Shown one piece after another: positions 56,560 to 64,000 of a stretch of DNA of 64,000 nt (positions are counted from its first letter, which is position 1; each line of letters starts with the position of its first letter). The DNA comes from Auanema rhodensis. Taxonomy: Eukaryota; Animalia; Nematoda. The notes under the pieces are model-generated. The model did not search any database. It was given only the letters and a program-made list of their open reading frames with translations, and was not told the DNA's origin. Position numbers and translations under genes: made by a program. The stretch lies in contig OZ059899.1 in NCBI GenBank assembly GCA_964057225.1, forward strand, positions 10,478,001 to 10,542,000. Direction: 5' to 3'.

Positions 56560-57505
56560 TAAATTTTTTTCATTTGACTTGTCATTTACAAAAATCAAAT
56601 TTATCTTCTTCAACGATTATTTTTGCAATGTGTCATAAAAATTTCACAGTTGAACAAAACGTTTTTTAAGAATTTTTTTTGTTGTCAACATATATATTTT
56701 CCTGGAATCCGAAAGCATTTGGGATGGAAATTAGAAAGAAAAGAACTAGTTTTTCCTACTTTAAAACAAACAATAAGAAATAAAATAAAAAAGATTGTTA
56801 GATATCCAATTTAAACTTATACATTTACTTCGATAAAGAGCCTATTAGTTTGAAATTTTATGTCTTACAGTTCTCCAACAGAACAAACTGATCCTGATTT
56901 CTCTATGATTACATAAAATTCTCGTTTGATATAAAAAAAGAAGAGGAATAACGTTTCCAGGATGTCAATGATATCGAATCTAGTGATATTGTAAAAAAAT
57001 GTAATGTCAGCTCCATATGTTTTCTCTTAATTTCTCTCATCACAATTGTCTTAGTTTTTTTTCTCATAAGAGTTTCTGAAATCTTAGGTGAACAAGGCCG
57101 TATATATTTTTTTCTGGAATTCGAAAGCATTTGGGATGGAAATTAGAAAGAAAAGAACTAGTTTTTCCTACTTTAAAACGAACAATAAGAAATAAAATAA
57201 AAAAGATTGTTAGATATCCAATTTAAACTTATACATTTACTTCGATAAAGAGCCTATTAGTTTGAAATTTTATGTCTTACAGTTCACCAACAGAACAGAC
57301 TGATCCTGATTTCTCTATGATTACATAAAACTCTCGTTTGATATACAAAAAGGAGAGGAATAACGTTTCCAGGATATCAATGATATCGAATCTAGTGATA
57401 TTGTAGAAAAATGTAATGTCAGCTCCATAGTTTTTCTCTAAATTTCTCTCATCACAATAGTCTTATTTTTTTTTCATAAGAGTTTCTGAAATCTTAGTTG
57501 AACAA

Positions 57506-57578
57506 GGCCGCGTGGCGCAATGGATAACGCGTCTGCCTACGGAGCAGAAGATTGTAGGTTCGAATCCTGCCGTGGTCG
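57506..57578 (+). tRNA. tRNA-Arg(ACG), canonical
   Basis: Identical to the 10209 copy; T8 terminator haplotype. Confidence 0.96.
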
Positions 57579-58523
57579 TAAATTTTTTTTATTTCACTTG
57601 TCATTTACAAAAATTAAATTTATCTTCTTCAACGATTATTTTTGCAATGTGTCATAAAAATTTCACAGTTGAACAAAAAGTTTTTTGAGAATTTTTTTTG
57701 TTGTCAACATATATATTTTCCTGGAATTCGAAAGCATTTGGGATGGAAATTAGAAAGAAAAGAACTAGTTTTTCCTATTTTAAAACAAACAAAAAAAAAT
57801 AAAATGAAAAAGATTGTTAGATATCCAATTTAAACTTATACATTTACTTCGATAAAGAGCCTATTAGTTTGAAATTTTATGTCTTACAGTTCTCCAACAG
57901 AACAAACTGATCCTGATTTCTCTATGATTACATAAAATTCTCGTTTGATATAAAAAAAGAAGAGGAATAACGTTTCCAGGATGTCAATGATATCGAATCT
58001 AGTGATATTGTAAAAAAATGTAATGTCAGCTCCATAGGTTTTCTCTTAATTTCTCTAATCACAATTGTCTTAGTTTTTTTCTCATAAGAGTTTCTGAAAT
58101 CTTAGGTGAACAAGGCCGTATATATTTTTTTCTGGAATTCGAAAGCATTTGGGATGGAAATTAGAAAGAAAAGAACTAGTTTTTCCTACTTTAAAACGAA
58201 CAATAAGAAATAAAATAAAAAAGATTGTTAGATATCCAATTTAAACTTATACATTTACTTCGATAAAGAGCCTATTAGTTTGAATTTTTATGTCTTACAG
58301 TTCACCAACAGAACAGACTGATCCTGATTTCTCTATGATTACATAAAACTCTCGTTTGATATACAAAAAGGAGAGGAATAACGTTTCCAGGATATCAATG
58401 ATATCGAATCTAGTGATATTGTAGAAAAATGTAATGTCAGCTCCATAGTTTTTCTCTAAATTTCTCTCATCACAATAGTCTTATTTTTTTTTCATAAGAG
58501 TTTCTGAAATCTTAGTTGAACAA

Positions 58524-58596
58524 GGCCGCGTGGCGCAATGGATAACGCGTCTGCCTACGGAGCAGAAGATTGTAGGTTCGAATCCTGCCGTGGTCG
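58524..58596 (+). tRNA. tRNA-Arg(ACG), canonical
   Basis: Identical to the 10209 copy. Confidence 0.96.
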
Positions 58597-59130
58597 TAAA
58601 TTTTTTTCATTTGACTTGTCATTTACAAAAATCAAATTTATCTTCTTCAACGATTATTTTTGCAATGTGTCATAAAAATTTCACAGTTGAACAAAACGTT
58701 TTTTAAGAATTTTTTTTGTTGTCAACATATATATTTTCCTGGAATTCGAAAGCATTTGGGATGGAAATTAGAAAGAAAAGAACTAGTTTTTCCTATTTTA
58801 AAACAAACAAAAAAAAATAAAATGAAAAAGATTGTTAGATATCCAATTTAAACTTATACATTTACTTCGATAAAGAGCCTATTAGTTTGAAATTTTATGT
58901 CTTACAGTTCTCCAACAGAACAGACTGATCCTGATTTCTCTATGATTACATAAAACTCTCGTTTGATATAAAAAAAGAAGAGGAATAACGTTTCCAGGAT
59001 GTCAATGATATCGAATCTAGTGATATTGTAGAAAAATGTAATGTCAGCTCCATAGGTTTTCTCTTAATTTCTCTCATCACAATAGTCTTATTTTTTTTTC
59101 ATAAGAGTTTCTGAAATCTTAGTTGAACAA

Positions 59131-59203
59131 GGCCGCGTGGCGCAATGGATAACGCGTCTGCCTACGGAGCAGAAGATTGTAGGTTCGAATCCTGCCGTGG
59201 TCG
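59131..59203 (+). tRNA. tRNA-Arg(ACG), canonical
   Basis: Identical to the 10209 copy; T8 terminator haplotype. Confidence 0.96.
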
Positions 59204-60976
59204 TAAATTTTTTTTATTTCACTTGTCATTTACAAAAATTAAATTTATCTTCTTCAACGATTATTTTTGCAATGTGTCATAAAAATTTCACAGTTGAACA
59301 AAAAGTTTTTTGAGAATTTTTTTTGTTGTCAACATATATATTTTCCTGGAATTCGAAAGCATTTGGGATGGAAATTAGAAAGAAAAAAACTAGTTTTTCC
59401 TATTTTAAAACAAACAAAAAAAAATAAAATGAAAAAGATTGTTAGATATCCAATTTAAACTTATACATTTACTTCGATAAAGAGCCTATTAGTTTGAAAT
59501 TTTATGTCTTACAGTTTTCCAACAGAACAAACTGATCCTGATTTCTCTATGATTACATAAAATTCTCGTTTGATATAAAAAAAGAAGAGGAATAACGTTT
59601 CCAGGATGTCAATGATATCGAATCTAGTGATATTGTAGAAAAATGTAATGTCAGCTCCATAGTTTTTCTCTAAATTTCTCTCATCACAATTGTCTTAGTT
59701 TTTTTTCTCATAAGAGTTTCTGAAATCTTAGGTGAACAAGGCCGTATATATTTTTTTCTGGAATTCGAAAGCATTTGGGATGGAAATTAGAAAGAAAAGA
59801 ACTAGTTTTTCCTACTTTAAAACAAACAATAAGAAATAAAATAAAAAAGATTGTTAGATATCCAATTTAAACTTATACATTTACTTCGATAAAGAGCCTA
59901 TTAGTTTCAAATTTTATGTCTTACAGTTCTCCAACAGAACAGACTGATACTGAATTCTCTATGATTATATAAAACTCTCGTTTGATATAAAAAAAGAAGA
60001 GGAATAACGTTTCCAGGATGTCAATGATATCGAATCTAGTGATATTGTAGAAAAATGTAATGTCAGCTCCATAGGTTTTCTCTTAATTTCTCTCATCACA
60101 ATTGTCTTAGTTTTTTTATTTCTCATAAGAGTTTCTGAAATCTTAGGTGAACAAAGCCGTATATATTTTTTTCTGGAATTCGAAAGCATTTGGGATGGAT
60201 ATTAGAAGGAAAAGAACTAGTTTTTCCTACTTTAAAACAAACAATAAGAAATAAAATAAAAAAGATTGTTAGATATCCAATTTAAACTTATACATTTATT
60301 TTGATAAAGAGCCTATTAGTTTGAAATTTTATGTCTTACAGTTCTCCAACAGAACAGACTGATCCTGATTTCTCTATGATTACATAAAACTCTCGTTTGA
60401 TATAAAAAAAGAAGAGGAATAACGTTTCCAGGATGTCAATGATATCGAATCTAGTGATATTGTAGAAAAATGTAATGTCAGCTCCATAGGTTTTCTCTTA
60501 ATTTCTCTCATCACAATTGTCTTAGTTTTTTTTCTCATTAGAGTTTCTGAAATCTTAGGTGAACAAGGCCGTATATATTTTTTTCTGGAATTCGAAAGCA
60601 TTTGGGATGGACATTAGAAGAAAAAGAACTAGTTTTTCCTACTTTAAAACAAACAAAAAAAAATAAAATGAAAAAGATTGTTAGATATCCAATTTAAACT
60701 TATACATTTACTTCGATAAAGAGCCTATTAGTTTCAAATTTTATGTCTTACAGTTCTCCAACAGAACAGACTGATCCTGAATTCTCTATGATTATATAAA
60801 ACTCTCGTTTGATATAAAAAAAGAAGAGGAATAACGTTTCCAGGATGTCAATGATATCGAATCTAGTGATATTGTAGAAAAATGTAATGTCAGCTCCATA
60901 GGTTTTCTCTTAATTTCTCTCATCACAATTGTCTTATTTTTTTTTCATAAGAGTTTCTGAAATCTTAGTTGAACAA

Positions 60977-61049
60977 GGCCGCGTGGCGCAATGGATAACG
61001 CGTCTGCCTACGGAGCAGAAGATTGTAGGTTCGAATCCTGCCGTGGTCG
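60977..61049 (+). tRNA. tRNA-Arg(ACG), canonical
   Basis: Identical to the 10209 copy; T8 terminator haplotype. Confidence 0.96.
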
Positions 61050-64000
61050 TAAATTTTTTTTATTTCACTTGTCATTTACAAAAATTAAATTTATCTTCTT
61101 CAACGATTATTTTTGCAATGTGTCATAAAAATTTCACAGTTGAACAAAAAGTTTTTTGAGAATTTTTTTTGTTGTCAACATATATATTTTCCTGGAATTC
61201 GAAAGCATTTGGGATGGAAATTAGAAAGAAAAGAACTAGTTTTTCCTATTTTAAAACAAACAAAAAAAAATAAAATGAAAAAGATTGTTAGATATCCAAT
61301 TTAAACTTATACATTTACTTCGATAAAGAGCCTATTAGTTTGAAATTTTATGTCTTACAGTTTTCCAACAGAACAAACTGATCCTGATTTCTCTATGATT
61401 ACATAAAATTCTCGTTTGATATAAAAAAAGAAGAGGAATAACGTTTCCAGGATGTCAATGATATCGAATCTAGTGATATTGTAGAAAAATGTAATGTCAG
61501 CTCCATAGTTTTTCTCTAAATTTCTCTCATCACAATTGTCTTAGTTTTTTTTCTCATAAGAGTTTCTGAAATCTTAGGTGAACAAGGCCGTATATATTTT
61601 TTTCTGGAATTCGAAAGCATTTGGGATGGAAATTAGAAAGAAAAGAACTAGTTTTTCCTACTTTAAAACAAACAATAAGAAATAAAATAAAAAAGATTGT
61701 TAGATATCCAATTTAAACTTATACATTTACTTCGATAAAGAGCCTATTAGTTTCAAATTTTATGTCTTACAGTTCTCCAACAGAACAGACTGATACTGAA
61801 TTCTCTATGATTATATAAAACTCTCGTTTGATATAAAAAAAGAAGAGGAATAACGTTTCCAGGATGTCAATGATATCGAATCTAGTGATATTGTAGAAAA
61901 ATGTAATGTCAGCTCCATAGGTTTTCTCTTAATTTCTCTCATCACAATTGTCTTAGTTTTTTTATTTCTCATAAGAGTTTCTGAAATCTTAGGTGAACAA
62001 AGCCGTATATATTTTTTTCTGGAATTCGAAAGCATTTGGGATGGATATTAGAAGGAAAAGAACTAGTTTTTCCTACTTTAAAACAAACAATAAGAAATAA
62101 AATAAAAAAGATTGTTAGATATCCAATTTAAACTTATACATTTATTTTGATAAAGAGCCTATTAGTTTGAAATTTTATGTCTTACAGTTCTCCAACAGAA
62201 CAGACTGATCCTGATTTCTCTATGATTACATAAAACTCTCGTTTGATATAAAAAAAGAAGAGGAATAACGTTTCCAGGATGTCAATGATATCGAATCTAG
62301 TGATATTGTAGAAAAATGTAATGTCAGCTCCATAGGTTTTCTCTTAATTTCTCTCATCACAATTGTCTTAGTTTTTTTTCTCATTAGAGTTTCTGAAATC
62401 TTAGGTGAACAAGGCCGTATATATTTTTTTCTGGAATTCGAAAGCATTTGGGATGGACATTAGAAGAAAAAGAACTAGTTTTTCCTACTTTAAAACAAAC
62501 AAAAAAAAATAAAATGAAAAAGATTGTTAGATATCCAATTTAAACTTATACATTTACTTCGATAAAGAGCCTATTAGTTTCAAATTTTATGTCTTACAGT
62601 TCTCCAACAGAACAGACTGATCCTGAATTCTCTATGATTATATAAAACTCTCGTTTGATATAAAAAAAGAAGAGGAATAACGTTTCCAGGATGTCAATGA
62701 TATCGAATCTAGTGATATTGTAGAAAAATGTAATGTCAGCTCCATAGGTTTTCTCTTAATTTCTCTCATCACAATTGTCTTAGTTTTTTTTCTCATAAGA
62801 GTTTCTGAAATCTTAGGTGAACAAAGCCGTATATATTTTTTTCTGGAATTCGAAAGCATTTGGGATGGATATTAGAAGGAAAAGAACTAGTTTTTCCTAC
62901 TTTAAAACAAACAATAAGAAATAAAATAAAAAAGATTGTTAGATATCCAATTTAAACTTATACATTTACTTTGATAAAGAGCCTATTAGTTTGAAATTTT
63001 ATGTCTTACAGTTCTCCAACAGAACAGACTGATCCTGATTTCTCTATGATTACATAAAACTCTCGTTTGATATGAAAAAAGAAGAGGAATAACGTTTCCA
63101 GGATGTCAATGATATCGAATCTAGTGATATTGTAGAAAAATGTAATGTCAGCTCCATAGGTTTTCTCTTAATTTCTCTCATCACAATTGTCTTAGTTTTT
63201 TTTCTCATAAGAGTTTCTGAAATCTTAGGTGAACAAGGCCGTATATATTTTTTCCTGGAATTCGAAAGCATTTGGGATGGAAATTAGAAAGAAAAGAACT
63301 AGTTTTTCCTACTTTAAAACAAACAATAAGAAATAAAATAAAAAAGATTGTTAGATATCCAATTTAAACTTATACATTTACTTCGATAAAGAGCCTATTA
63401 GTTTGAAATTTTATGTCTTACAGTTCTCCAACAGAACAGACTGATCCTGATTTCTCTATGATTACATAAAACTCTCGTTTGATATACAAAAAGAAGAGGA
63501 ATAACGTTTCCAGGATGTCAATGATATCGAATCTAGTGATATTGTAGAAAAATGTAATGTCAGCTCCATAGGTTTTCTCTTAATTTCTCTCATCACAATT
63601 GTCTTAGTTTTTTTTCTCATTAGAGTTTCTGAAATCTTAGGTGAACAAGGCCGTATATATTTTTTTCTGGAATTCGAAAGCATTTGGGATGGACATTAGA
63701 AGAAAAAGAACTAGTTTTTCCTACTTTAAAACAAACAAAAAAAAATAAAATGAAAAAGATTGTTAGATATCCAATTTAAACTTATACATTTACTTCGATA
63801 AAGAGCCTATTAGTTTGAAATTTTATGTCTTACAGTTCTCCAACAGAACAGACTGATCCTGATTTCTCTATGATTACATAAAACTCTCGTTTGATATGAA
63901 AAAAGAAGAGGAATAACGTTTCCAGGATGTCAATAATATCGAATCTAGTGATATTGTAGAAAAATGTAATGTCAGCTCCATAGGTTTTCTCTTAATTTCT

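Larger units (their letters stand above)
59100..62790 (+). repeat. 1846-bp higher-order tandem duplication (1 long + 3 short units; boundaries approximate)
   Basis: Exact 1846 offsets 59131/60977, 59965/61811 and 60380/62226, sharing a 3-bp insertion (TTTTTTTATTTCTC) and a GATACTGAATTC variant. Confidence 0.9.
1..64000 (+). repeat. Tandem array (tRNA-associated satellite) of ~111 short 411-412 bp units interspersed with 30 long ~607-610 bp tRNA-bearing units; runs off both window ends
   Basis: The same sequence recurs every 411-412 bp (e.g. ORF starts 1195, 1606, 2018, 2430). Every tRNA-to-tRNA spacing fits ~608 + n x 411.5. All units have the same orientation and differ only by a few SNPs and homopolymer lengths. 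Confidence 0.99.

Noticed and set aside
56457-61159. 70 and 76 aa ORFs containing QGRVAQWITRLP
   Set aside because: These are translations of the tRNA gene itself, opened by single private SNPs.
8912-61304. Repeated 63 aa plus-strand ORF (MQCVIKISQLNK...)
   Set aside because: It starts at TTG in the tRNA 3' flank, is K/F-rich from homopolymers, and is broken in 8 of 30 long units by A-run length.
373-63683. Repeated 73-74 aa minus-strand ORF (MLSNSRKKYIRPCSPK...)
   Set aside because: Its start positions are non-ATG codons in a eukaryotic context. It spans the deletion junction, is lost in many units through T-run indels or stops, has no recognisable domain, and its variants are largely non-synonymous. 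It is a repeat artefact.
1-64000. CRISPR array or prokaryotic repeat system
   Set aside because: There are no unique spacers and no cas genes. Units exceed 400 bp, and the tRNA has eukaryotic Pol III features.

Overview
The whole 64-kb window is one head-to-tail, + strand, AT-rich tandem array (about 29% GC in one hand-counted unit) from a eukaryote. I found no credible protein gene; the ~100 listed ORFs are the same few repeat-derived frames. There are two unit types, about 141 units in all. About 111 short units are 411-412 bp. Thirty long units of about 607-610 bp each carry a 73-nt intronless tRNA-Arg(ACG) gene with A/B boxes, no encoded CCA and a T7-T8 Pol III terminator. The short unit is the long unit minus a ~199-bp segment and still keeps the first 5 nt of the tRNA (GGCCG). 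The satellite therefore looks like a deletion derivative of a tRNA gene unit that now outnumbers the gene about 3.7:1. Twenty-two tRNA copies are identical and canonical. Eight carry uncompensated changes: 4 with C65A, 1 with T63G, 1 with G19A, and 2 with an anticodon switch ACG>ATG. SNP haplotypes reveal nested higher-order repeats (about 1016/2032, 1431, 1845, 2881 and 4099 bp) and mosaic units. From memory the tRNA resembles nematode tRNA-Arg(ACG); this is unverified.
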